Origin: Camelus dromedarius
Taxonomy: Eukaryota
Assembly: GCF_036321535.1 (NCBI RefSeq)
Contig: NC_087436.1
Coordinates: 94,180,001 to 94,244,000, forward strand
Direction: 5' to 3'
Length of the DNA: 64,000 nt
Shown here piece after piece: positions 13,329 through 24,690 of this stretch (positions are counted from its first letter, which is position 1; every line of letters starts with the position of its first letter). The notes beneath the pieces were generated by a model. It made no database searches. It had not been told where the DNA came from and worked only from the letters and a program-made list of their open reading frames with translations. A program made the translations under genes and the position numbers.

Positions 13329-14036
13329 GTACAATATGTTTCACAAAGCTCTGCCTACGGGTCACTCGTAGCTACCATGAGCTTTACTTTATGTTTCTTA
13401 GAAACTACTAGTTTAGCACTTACTCTCACTATACAGAAAAATTAAGTTTTGTTAGGTATTTATCAAATATTTTTATGATCCACAGTAATCATTTTTATCA
13501 ATTTTTTAAAATATAACTGTAATAAGAAGTGGAAACCTGAGTCACTTTATATGAGTTCTCCTGAGGGACAAGCAGCTGGGTAGGATTTCCATGGAATAAA
13601 CCTGAGAAGTATTCTTTAGCTCCCCACGCCATCAAAAATGGGGAAACTTCAGAGTGAATTGACCCTTGAAGGCCTCTTTGGAGCAGGACTGGAGCCAACA
13701 GACAAGCAGAGCCTTGATCTGCAGGCGGCCCCGCGTGTCAGGCTGTGGAATGCTAATACCGAGGTTGCCTGCAAGGTGTCAGCTAACTGCCAAGTGATTT
13801 CTAGGAGCTAAATTTGTCGTCGACTCTTGTGTATGTAAAACTTCCAGCCCTCAGCAGCCTACCAAAACCAAAAATGGGTATCTATATAAACATTCACACA
13901 TATCTACACACACAAATACAGACACGCACACACAGGGACACACTATCTTACCTATTGTGTGTCTTGAACAAATTACTTAACCTCTCTGTGTCTCCGGAGG
14001 GTTTTTTTGGCCTCTAAACTAAAGATAATAATAGAA

Positions 14037-14176
14037 GGGAGGAGCTCAAGCGGTAGAGCACATGCTTAGCATGCATGAGGTCCTGGGGTCAACCCCCAGC
14101 ACTCCTCCAAAAATAAGTAAACTTCATTACCTCCCCCCAACCAAAAAAAAAAAAAATACATTAAAAAAATTTTTTT
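14037..14176 (+). mobile_element. tRNA-derived SINE (camelid vic-1-like) inserted in a MIR
   Basis: A-box agctcaagcggtagagc, B-box-like ggggtcaaccc and A-rich tail. aagataat is duplicated at 14022-14029 and 14177-14184. Confidence 0.8.
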
Positions 14177-14796
14177 AAGATAATGGTTACATTTTCCTCA
14201 TAAGATTGTTGAAAAGCAAATGAGCTTAGGCTATTTTGAGCCCTAGAGTAGAACACACTCAATGAATATTAGTCATTATAATAATTCATACACTACATAC
14301 AGACATAGAAAAGGGACTGTAAGAAATTGCACCAAAAAGTTACTGTGGTTGTCTCTGAGTTATGGGATTAGGGATGCTGTTTATTTTACTCTTTATACTC
14401 TTTTACACTTTCAAAACATGTTATAATGAATTTGTATTTCTTTCATTAATTTTTTTAAAAACATCATTTCAGTAGAAACTATAAAAAAATTTAAAATGGA
14501 TGTGGTTACTGCAAAGATGATAGGATACCTTTTTTAATGTTTTAAATTTATTTTTCATTATTTCAATTTGACTTAATCAGTAGAAGTTTTAGGTCTAAGG
14601 AAATGAAGATGGAGGATGAATTCATGCTCTGCCATGTGGTACAGATTCAAGATGTCACAGAGTCTTACAGATTGTTAGGTGGAGATCATTCAAGATGGCA
14701 GCAGTCATGGTAGACTTCTTGGACGTGGTGGAGCTCAAGGTAGATATGGGGGGGTGAGGGCCTTTTTCAGAAGATGGGTCCCATTCATGGCACAAA

Positions 14797-14816
14797 CACA
14801 CACACACACACACACA
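14797..14816. repeat. (CA)10 microsatellite
   Basis: Read directly. Confidence 0.95.
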
Positions 14817-14989
14817 AACACACAAAGTTTTGAGCTTCAATTACACCAGTTGCTGAGGGAATAAAGTTTTCAAAAGAATTCTCTGTTTTCAAAAGTATAC
14901 TGCCTAATGCAGAAAGTGTACACATAAACAAGTAATCTTTCGATTTAATGCAATAAATACTAACATTGTGACATGCACAGGATTCAGTG

Positions 14990-15115
14990 GGACGCCGCAG
15001 TCTGCCCCACTTCCCTTGGTCTCCAGCCTGCCAGCCTATGCTCCAGATATTGGACTTGTGAGCCTCCACAATGGTGGGAACCAATTCTTTAAAATCAAGT
15101 TCTCTCTCTCCATTC
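14990..15115 (+). mobile_element. ERVL MLT2-like LTR 3' fragment
   Basis: tctccagcctgccagcct...ggacttgtgagcctccacaat...ccaattctttaaaat. Confidence 0.65.
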
Positions 15116-16084
15116 TCCATATGTACGTATACTACTATTACCATTTTTATTATGTATACTGTTAGCCAAATTGTAACAACTTATAAATTCAAATCTACCA
15201 CATTTCTTTCTACAATGGTGAGTTCAGAAGGTGGAGCAGGTCAGGCTCTTAATTGACACTGCTAAGTCATGGCTCTGATGACATGGCTAGCCTGCTCAAA
15301 ATCTGTGATGTTTCTCTGTAGTCTTCCAATAAAGCCCCAATTACATGGTCTAACATTCAGGGGTCTCTGTGCCTAGAGTTCAACCTCCATTCCCATTCCT
15401 ACCACTTATGATCTGATAAACTGATTATTGTGCACCAGTATTCACCCCTCCCCTTCCAATGGGCTGTTCATAGGTGTGGCTTGATCTGGCCTTGACTATG
15501 CACATGAGGACCAGCCACTGCCAGGGATGGCAAAGCAACAAGACAGAAGGAACTGTGGTTTGAAGTTCCTTCTTCTAACCTCAGTAGGAAGGAGAGCTGC
15601 CTCTCAGCTTAAACACGGAAGAGAGATAAAGCCAAGTATTTTTTGGGTAGGGGTTGGGGAGGCCAAGGGAAGAATCTTATTTCAGCAGCTTGCCCTGAAT
15701 CTTAACTAATACAATGGCAAAATCACTGGGGGACTTTGGGAAAATGGAGATAACTATTATTCAATGTTTTTTAAATGTGCATTTTTCTGTGTTATAAACC
15801 CTCCATCTTTTGACTTTTGGCAACATGTGCTACAAACATAAAGGCCTGTTTGAGTGAAAAGCTTGGTAGAACTCAAGGAGAGGCTCTGGGTCCTGTAGCT
15901 GGGCTGACAGAGCAGGAGCTCCGAGCCAGATTGCCATGGCAACACAAGCCCACCTGAATTCACAGACATCTCAGGGAGGGCATCTCATCACACCAGGTAT
16001 GGAGTGGAGAGATGATCTGATTCAATCTAGGCCCTAGCGGTCAGGATAACTCCTACGAACACCAGTGATTAATCCAAGAAAGCA

Positions 16085-16345
16085 GGGATATGTAGTGATT
16101 AAGGGCACAGACTCTAGAGTCACACTGCATGAGTTCCAATTTCTGCTCTACCACCTACAACTGTGTGACTTTGGGGGAGTAACTTAAACCCCTAGCCTCA
16201 ATTTCCTTATCTGTAAATTGGATATAATAATAATGTCCACCTCACAGTGTTATCATAGAGAATGAAAAGGAATAATGTGCATAAAGCACTCAGCAGAGTG
16301 TGTGAGATAGGATGACAGATCAATATGGATTAGCTTTTATTAGTA
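16085..16345 (+). mobile_element. MIR SINE
   Basis: cagactctagagtca...gcctcaatttccttatctgtaaa...taaagcactcagcagagtg. Confidence 0.8.
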
Positions 16346-16729
16346 ATAATAATATTAATTAATTTTATCATGATATTACTATGAGACCCTAACTATCGTT
16401 CAAGGCTTAGAGAAGAATCATTAACTCTGAGATGCCTTTGGCAAAGTCAAGGGCTCAGATGTTCCTGACTTGACCGGAGGAAAGCAGGTGGGAGAAGGGC
16501 GTCACTCCAGCACGTGAAGTGTCGTCGCAGGACCAAGTGCCAATAGCTCCATTGTTCAGGTGAGAAAACAAAGAAGTGGAGAGAGGTGCCTGAGGAAGCA
16601 AGTCAGTGGCCGAACTAGGACTAAAACTGGGGTCTCAAACCACCATTCTAGTTACAAGACATTTTAGCAAAGCCAGGCTGAGCAAAATAAGAACACTATT
16701 ACCTGCAGCTTCATGTGCCCGGGGACCTG

Positions 16730-17242
16730 CCCGCATTCCTTGCTCCGTCTTCCCATTGTGTCCCTGCTCTCAGTCAGCCACCTGCCATCATCACTTAGGG
16801 ACTCAGGCAGGAAAGCCACAGTCGTTCTGTGCTTCCTGTTTTCCCTCCCCTCCTACTTCTAATCGGCCCTCAAGTGGTGTCTATTTCGTCTCAGAAATTG
16901 CTCTCAAAATCCACCCATCTCTTTCTACCTCCACCCCCAGCCTATTTCAAACCACCTACAGTAGCCTCGTAATTGACATCTACACTTACTTTCTTCATTT
17001 TCCTCTCCTCTTGGCAGCCACAGGGATTTTTAAAAACCCAAATATCATTATTCTTGCCCTGCCTAATACCTCCCATCAGCCTGCCACTGCCCCAGGATGA
17101 AGTTCAGACAGGCTACCTTGTTAGTGTTAGCTCATAACACTCCCCCCAGCTCTCAAAGCTCAAACTGTACCAGATAGTTTTTCTTTTTCTATAACAAAGA
17201 ACAGAGCCCCCAGCCTTTGAATGCTGTTTCCTCTGCTTAGGA
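16730..17242 (+). mobile_element. LINE-2 fragment, cut at its right end by an ERV LTR
   Basis: Pyrimidine-rich L2 3' region ending atgctgtttcctctgcttagga. Confidence 0.6.
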
Positions 17243-17880
17243 TGTTACTGAACTCAGTCCAGCTGCTCGCTGCTCAAAAGTCAATACCCAAGAGGGGCAA
17301 ATGTTAATAGAAAGGAACGTTGCTTTTAATCAGAATGCTGGCAATCTGGGGAGACGGTGGACTCAGGATCCCCATAAAACCATCTCGGAAGATTCTGCTC
17401 CACCATGAAAGAGTTTAAAGGGAAGAAGGGAAGTAATCTCAGTTAATCATTGAGACGGGGTCAGAGTCCTTGCCATCCTTCATTGTGTGCAGGCTTGCAA
17501 TTTTTTCTTTAGATGCTTTCTCGTTCACACAATTTTTTCACGAAGTTTATTCCTGAGATTACCAAAGGGGAAGCTAGGGAAGAGATCTGGTCATCTGTTA
17601 AATATTTATTCTTCGTTTCTACTTCTTTGATCTATGCAAAGAGCCAAAAGGCTAGGCAAGGTATTGTGGATCAAAAGATTTGAAATGTGCTTGAGCAGGA
17701 GATGAGCAGAGCATGAGAGCATCTGAGTTAGTTACAGTGTAGCTTTGCTAGAGTGACAGGCAGACCGGGTTTCCTGCTGAGGGCGATTTTCTGCAAAGAG
17801 CTGCTTACAAATCCCCCCCCTGTCAGATATCATCCCATTTCTACAGGATTTTGGGTGAAATTCTGTCTTATGTAACTACA
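17243..17880 (-). mobile_element. ERV 3' LTR (17243-17809) with polypurine tract and short internal remnant
   Basis: TG...CA termini, minus-strand ATTAAA at 17325-17330, and minus-strand PPT gacaggggggggatt (17810-17824) abutting the LTR start TGTAAG. Confidence 0.75.
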
Positions 17881-18195
17881 TCAATTTGAGAAAGAGTGTC
17901 GTGGTCTTAGAGTCAAATATATTGACATGGGTTGAAGCAGCTCTTCGCTGACAGTTTTAGGTGCCTGCTGACATATACGGGCAGAAAAAGCTACAACTAT
18001 TTTGATGCCCACAAAGATACAGGTTACTATGCGCAACAGTATTAATCTCATTCTCTTAAGGCCAGTTCTCAGACTTGTGCTCGCCACAGATCCAGGCCTG
18101 GGGACATGGAGGGGCCTTTTGTACTTGGCGGGGTTGATAGGGTTCTGCTCAGTTCCAAGGTCACTGTTTCCTTCTCCACCTCCCTTCATTGAACT

Positions 18196-18275
18196 CATTC
18201 ATTCATTCAGAAATATTTTTCATTTTTTATCAAGCTCCTACATATGCCAATCACTGTTCTAGGTCACAGAGATAA
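18196..18275 (-). mobile_element. LINE-2 3' end (continues at about 19500-19850)
   Basis: cattcattcattca tail followed by atgccaatcactgttctagg. Confidence 0.7.
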
Positions 18276-18521
18276 ATAGCCTTTTTTTGTGCTGTGATCT
18301 CTATTAGAAATCTGGCAGGAAACTGTGGACCACTTTCTCAGGCTAAAGTTTTGTTTTGTTTTGTCTTTTTTTTTAAGGATGATGAATTTTACATAAATAT
18401 CACTTTATATCAGTTTACTTATTTCACTTGAACCTCACCACTATAGTTAGATACAGTAGATATAATTGTACCTCCTCTTTTTCCCAGCATAATACAAACA
18501 GGGTTGAAAAGAATATTACAG

Positions 18522-19066
18522 TTATGGTAGGCAGAATAACGGCCCCTCAGAGATGTCCGTGCTCTGTCCCCTGGAGCTTGTGCTGTGCCATGTTATATGA
18601 CAAAAAAAGACCTCCTGAATGGAACTGATACCAGGAGATTATCCCCATATGGAGATTACCCAGTATTATCCAAGTGAGTTCATTGTAATCAAATGGGCCC
18701 TTAAAAGTGAAAGAGGAAGGAATTGGGAGTTTGGGGTTAGCAGATACAAACTATTAAATATAAAGTAGATAAACAACAAGGTCCTACTGTATAGCACAGG
18801 GAACTATATTCAATATCTTGTAATAACCTATAATGGAAAACAATATGAAAAAGAATATGCATATATATGTATGACTGAATCACTGTGCTGTACACCAGAA
18901 ACTAATCCAACGTGTAAATCAACTATATTCCAATAAAAGAAAAAAGAAAAAAAAGTGAAAGAAGAGTTTAGCCAGAGAGATAAGATGGAAGAGGAGGCAA
19001 AAGAGATTTAAGACTTGAGAGAGACTCCATCTGCCACTGCTGGCTGTGAAGATAGAGAAAGAGGGC
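18522..19066 (+). mobile_element. MaLR LTR (MLT1D/E-like), interrupted by L1
   Basis: tggtaggcagaataacggcccc...ggagattatcc...cccttaaaagtg...ccactgctggctgtgaagat. Confidence 0.75.
18718..18950 (+). mobile_element. 5'-truncated cetartiodactyl-type L1 3' UTR
   Basis: aaacaacaaggtcctactgtatagcacagggaactatattcaatatc, AATAAA and A-tail. TSD aaaagtgaaaga at 18703-18714 and 18951-18962. Confidence 0.9.
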
Positions 19067-19499
19067 TGTTACGGGTTGAATTATATCCCAGGCTAATGCT
19101 TTCTAAATGCATAAAATAAACACAGAAAATTATAAAAGAAACCAAGTGTGTTGGAATAGTTACCAAACTATTTTAAAATTGTGATAAGGTAACGTATACG
19201 TTTCTTTATTATTGCCTTAAATAATAAGACCTAGCAGTGGGTTTAAGAAATACTGTGACTTCATATTAGCAGCCAGCATAAGTGACATTTGAAGATATCT
19301 ATAAAACAGTAGTCGGTGACAAAGTCTCGAGCACAATTCATATGGCTGTGGTTTGTTGCCGACATTCACGATGGAAGGAAATGCTAAATTTCAGTTAGGG
19401 GTTAGAAAAAATAAAGATGCGAGTTTTTTCTATCTAAATCCTTAGAGCTCAAATGCCCACCAAAGACTCCAGAGGGGCCCCAAGATTAGGTTCAATCCA

Positions 19500-19850
19500 A
19501 GGAGAATAGTAAGAAAAATAGAAGCTTGCATTCTAGTCGGGGAAGTTGAATAACAAACATGATGACTTCACATGATGATGAGTTGTTTAAAGACAATAAA
19601 CAAAATCATTGCCGACCATAGTGTATCAGTTAAAGAAAGTAAATAAAGTGATAGAGATTGACTAGTATTGAGGGAGGTTGATTAGAAAAGTCCTTCCGAG
19701 GAGGTGACCTTAGCTGAAACCCAAAGGAGGAGAAGGAGCTGGTCTCATGAAAAGCCAGGGGAGAGGGTTGCAGAGTAGAGACGGTACAAGGAAGCCTGGG
19801 CTTGGCAAGGGAGGGAGATGAAGTCAGAGAAGGCACGTGTCAGTCTTAAA
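19500..19850 (-). mobile_element. LINE-2 fragment
   Basis: gaagcttgcattctagt...gaggaggtgaccttagctgaaaccc. Confidence 0.65.
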
Positions 19851-22661
19851 GGCCAGCGGAGGAGGTCCCTGAGCAACTGCTCCAGTTCTCTCCTCCTGAA
19901 AACTAGATGCCATGGACACCAGCATCTGGGGTTATTCTAGGAGCCCTTGAGATACCGGCAGAGAAAGGACCTGGTGAAATAACGCTCCCTGGGAGCTTCC
20001 CATGGGTCACATATCATCCATCTCCTTTAACCCTATGAGTGCACGCCGTTGTCTCTGAAGTGCGTACTGGAGAGTCCCTACTTTTCCAAGAGGTTGGTCA
20101 CATCGTCTGCTTAAGGTCACATCGGTGGTACATGACAAAGCTGAGATTCCGCCAAAGCCCTTTCCCTTGACTCTAAAAGCCCTTTCCCCGGACCATCACC
20201 CTTTCTACCTCTTGTCTATGGATAAAGCATAAATTCTTTCAAATCAAATTCACCCGCCTCCCCAGTGGCTCCTCAGACACGCCCATCTGCGATCCTTTCC
20301 CCCCCTGCAGAGCAGCGTCTCCCGGAGAAGTTAAAAATCCAAATGCAGCAGCTAAAAGCTGGAGGGCCTGAGGGAAGCCACTTAGCCCTAATTTCCTAAC
20401 TGCTAAAACCAGCATAACCATGGCAACCCACTCCCAGAGCTTTTATTAAAGAACCCGACAGTGAAAATCAGCTTAAATCAATGTAAAGAGGAGGAGTGTT
20501 CTGTTCTCCGTAAGCGCAGCTGGCTCCATCCTCCCACAGCACCATGAGATGCTAAAAGCCTCCCCACTGCAGGGCCGCCGGCCAGCCCACCAGGCACTCC
20601 TCACCCTTTTCTGAGACAGAAGCTCCAGTGAGCACTTCTGTGCACTCGTGCGCCCATCCCCTTCCTGGGACAAGTTTCTCTCACAGTCGGTAAGGGTCCA
20701 AATGAGGGGTTAGACGTGTGCTGTGTTCACCTTCCTAAAGCAGCTCCAGCACAGCCAGGGAGCGTCTCCTTCCCAGTTTCAAGGAGGTGGGGAAAAAAAG
20801 GGAAAATCAGGCAGAGCGCGAGGGTCCAGTCAAAACTTCTCTACTTTCACTCTCTCGTTTTTCTCTCCCTTTTGCCATTTCTCCAACAACTTGACCTCAG
20901 AGCCTTCTCCTAAAAATGTCCCTCGAGATCTCTGTCTGGTTGGCGCTTCAGCCTACAGTATTTGGGGTACAGTTTCTCCTGCTTCATCCAGGTGTGTTGG
21001 GCAGTCAGATCCCTGCCTCCAGGATGAGAAGAGACACCAGCAGCTCTGTGCCTGGCTTGTTTAAGGTCTTGGACCAATTCACAAAGACCTTACTGGACTG
21101 GGAAACTTCAATGTACTGGAGGCAATTTCCAATGTACTTGGGGCAAAGTACATTCCATGCACTGTGGGCAACCTATTTCAGACCAAGTGGTACATCTTCT
21201 TACCTCTTGTATTTCTCTGTCACCAGCAAGACTGAAGATGCCCCAGAATTAACAGAGGAGAACGTTTTACTGTGTCTCCATGTGACCCACCCACATGGTA
21301 AGCGCATTACCTTTATTTAAACTTATTTACATTGTGAGGTGGGTACTAACATTATCTCACACGATAAAATTATTATTTCATAGAACCAGAAACTGATATT
21401 TAGAAAGTTTAATAAGTTCCCTAAAGATATTTAGGGTTTTCAACTCAGGTCATCTGACTCCATGGATTTTACTTCCCCAGATAATGTCTCCTGGTCAAAG
21501 AATGAATCTAGAACGTTACAGTGCTAATTAACCAAAGTCAGCTGTGGGCGCAGAACTGATTTGTCAACATGAGGTGATATGGGTGGCATTGTGTCATGGG
21601 GATTCTTACACATGTACTGTAAAATGGTCACGGATACCTTTGTGAATGGAAAATATTAACTGCCCCGAGATTGCTGCAGGCGCCTTGTGGAAACCAGGGC
21701 TCTGACTGACTCAGACGTACAGTGGTACCTAAGGGTGGCAGCAGCCTCCTCTTTTGATGTGGCTTTCTTCTCAAGCCTATCTTGCCAAACTGCTAGAGAG
21801 AAAGAAAATTCCTTCCATGGGACTCAATTCCTCCCTGTGTTGGCCACAGCACACAGGTTGGAGGAAGGGCAAAGAGAATTCAGGAGAGCGAGCGGGTGAA
21901 CTTCTAGCTGTGGCTCGTAAGGAAGATGGGCTTCCCCAAGCTGCACCACCCGATAGTCAGCACTCAAGATTGACAGATGGAAAATGATCAAAGGGTGGTT
22001 GGAAGGTTCCTCTCAAACTGTCTTCACAACACAGCAGACAAGGAGCATTACCAGGGGGAAAAAAGCAAACACTGTGAAAGATGAAAATGGTCAGAACAAA
22101 AGAGAGGGTTCCTCAATTTCAGCCTGACACTGAGAACCGCAGCCCTAATGCCTTCCTCCGCCCTGCGCCCTGGCACACTCAGGATGCCCACTTTCCTCGC
22201 TTGGCTTCATGTTTTCCTGGGTGGTGGCAGCTCGCTGAGGGCAGGGATGCGGCTCCCTGTTCCGTTGTCACCCCCGCCCCCAAGCCAGCACAGCACCCAC
22301 CACATGGCAGGTGGTCAGAACCCCTTTGGTGAGTAAGCGCATGACATTCTCAGACCCAGGAGGCAGCCTAAGGAATCCTTTGAAATCAAACCCACTTTCT
22401 CTTGGGAAACATAAGCCTTTGGTAGCAACGTGGGAACAGAAACTAGAGTGGGATCAAAGCAGATGAAATCTAGAGAGACTCCCAAAAGGAAAATTATGTG
22501 TCAAAATATAACAGGTTGTAACAGACCATACTTCAATAAAAAAAAAAAAAGACACACACAAAAAAAGTATCAGAGGAAATGAAAAATATATATGTAACAG
22601 GTAATTTCATAATGCGATAGGAAGTGCTGCCCCATACTTTCCATGCCAGCTTTTGTTTGTC

Positions 22662-22917
22662 CTTTCTTTTGTTGATGTGGTGCATCATGTTGATTTGTGT
22701 ATGTTGAACCACTCTTGTGTCCCTGGGATGAATCCAACTTGATTGTACTGTATGGTATTTTTTAATGCTGTTGGATCCAGGTTGCTAATATTTTGTTGAG
22801 AATTTTTGCATCTATTCTATATTCATCAGAGATATTGGCCATAATTTTCTTTTTGGGTAGTGTCTTTGTCTGGTTTTGGTAACAAGGTAATGGTGGCTTC
22901 ATAGAATGTGTTTGGGG
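22662..22917 (-). mobile_element. L1 ORF2 (RT region) internal fragment
   Basis: Minus strand encodes degenerate PNTFYEATITLLPKPDKDTT...DAKILNKILA. Confidence 0.9.
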
Positions 22918-23837
22918 TTTTATTTGGATTAAGAACATTTCTATTTCCTTTGAACGTGAGACTTACATCCCCACTTAGGTACACTCAGACTCAAGGCTGA
23001 GTTCTGGGAGGCAGCATGGTGAAGGTATGAGCAGTCAGGGTCCCCACAGTGCCATGTGTGTGTCTGTGTCTGTATGTAGAGAAGGCTATAGAGTGTGTAC
23101 ATATACGCACTCTAATCGTAACCACAGTACCATTGAGGCCTCTGAGGCTGTCCCTCAATGAATAATATTTCTCTTCCCTACCTGGGTCTGAACAAGTTAA
23201 GAAATAAAATAGAAGAGAAAGCTGGAGGTCAAGATGTCACCTTTGTTACTGATAAAGCTGGCTGGAAGGACATGGCTTAGTCTCCTAAAACTATGGGTTA
23301 AATGAGCTTGCTTCCTGGATGCCAGAATCAGGTGGATTTCCCACCCATTCTCAGCAGTGCTCACCAGGGGCAGGGGGTGGATAGAGGCCAGCACCTGCTC
23401 TGGGAGAGTTTTCAGCAGGAAGGGTCAGAGAACATGCACTCTCCTTGGCCAGGCCTGGCCCCAAGAGTATACGGAAAAGGACTGAGCCAAACATACCCAG
23501 GTGTTTTCCCCAAATTTAACAGTGAGATCATTTGCCTCACCTTCAAAGTGTGGTATGTATAAAAGGGCAAAGAGAGAGAGAGAGACCCAGAGTTACATTA
23601 ATCAATCTGTAGCATTTAATCACATGAATTAAATGTTTATTTGCATATTGTTCCCTACTTTTGAACTGAACTCCCTTCAAGGAAGGTTTTATGCTTTATT
23701 TATCTTTGTTTGTCAAAGCCTGTACTTGGAAGGCATGCAAATGTTTGCTGAATGAATGTGGACCTAAAGTTAAGACAGCCCCAGGGTCAAATCTCCTTCT
23801 CAGCCAATGACGGTGGAAACAGGAACAAACTATTTAC

Positions 23838-24690
23838 CAGAGGTTGCAAAGGGCCCACAGACCACATCCAGCCCAGAGGTGACATGTTCAGCCACAGAGT
23901 GTTGGCCTACCACTGTCTTAAAAGTTGTAAATTAGTTGCTAATACTTAATACTCAGGAAGATTTCACATAAAGATCTAGATGTCTGGCTTCTCCTAGAAA
24001 CTTGGAATATTGGATATAGCAGATAGATCTCTAAAAGGGCCTTAGTTCTTCACCCCTCCCTTTGTCCACACACTTTGCAGTGTCACCCTACAGCTTTTCC
24101 CATAAAAGGGCTGGAGTTTGTATCCGTACCCTTTTCCTCTGGATCAGCCTTGTGACTTGCCTTGGCCAATAGGGTATGACAGAAATGACAGTGTGCCAAT
24201 CCTGGGCCTGGACCTAAGAGGCCTTGGACACATCTCTCAGAAACCTGCTAAGACCCCATGTGAACAAGCTTGGGTTGGCCTACTGGAAAGTGGGAGATCA
24301 TATCAAACAAAGATAAATTATCTCGGTTGTCCCAGCCAAGACAGGAAAGAGCCTATCCAAGTTCAGGAAAGCCAACCCAGAGCTACCCTGCCAGCTGATC
24401 ACACCTGCATGAGTGAATCCAGCCAAGACTAGAACCACCCACCTGATCCACAGATTGTGGATAAATAATCAATGCTAATTGTTTTAAGCTACTGAGTTTT
24501 GGCATAGTTTGTTATGTAGCAGTAGCTAACTGATGTACCTGGCCATACTGGGCATGCTGTCCCACATGGCAGCACTTAGCAGGGGTAAGCAGCCCCCTGA
24601 GATGAGACGTGAATTCTGCAGCTCCCTACTGCTTCTGCCACTGTTCCCTATTTTCTCTCTGATACAGAAGCCGAGTGATACTTGACATTA
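23838..24690. mobile_element. MER102-like hAT element interrupted by an MLT1 LTR
   Basis: cagaggttgcaaa...gatttcacataaa...tctggcttctc resumes at about 24538 as ctggccatactgggc...cccacatggcagca. Confidence 0.6.
24015..24537 (+). mobile_element. MaLR LTR (MLT1G/H-like)
   Basis: ccttgtgacttgccttggccaatag...ttgttttaagctactgagttttgg...gcagtagctaactga. Confidence 0.8.

Larger units (their letters stand above)
18278..19490 (+). mobile_element. hAT-Charlie MER119-like element split by a ~740-bp insert (halves 18278-18352 and 19089-19490)
   Basis: cctttttttgtgctgtg...tggaccactttctcag continues as ...taaatgcataaaataaa...ggaaatgctaaatttcagttag. Confidence 0.65.

Noticed and set aside
16606..17100. 164-aa ORF (similarly 59199-59693)
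   Set aside because: Chance ORFs lying largely in decayed L2 sequence.
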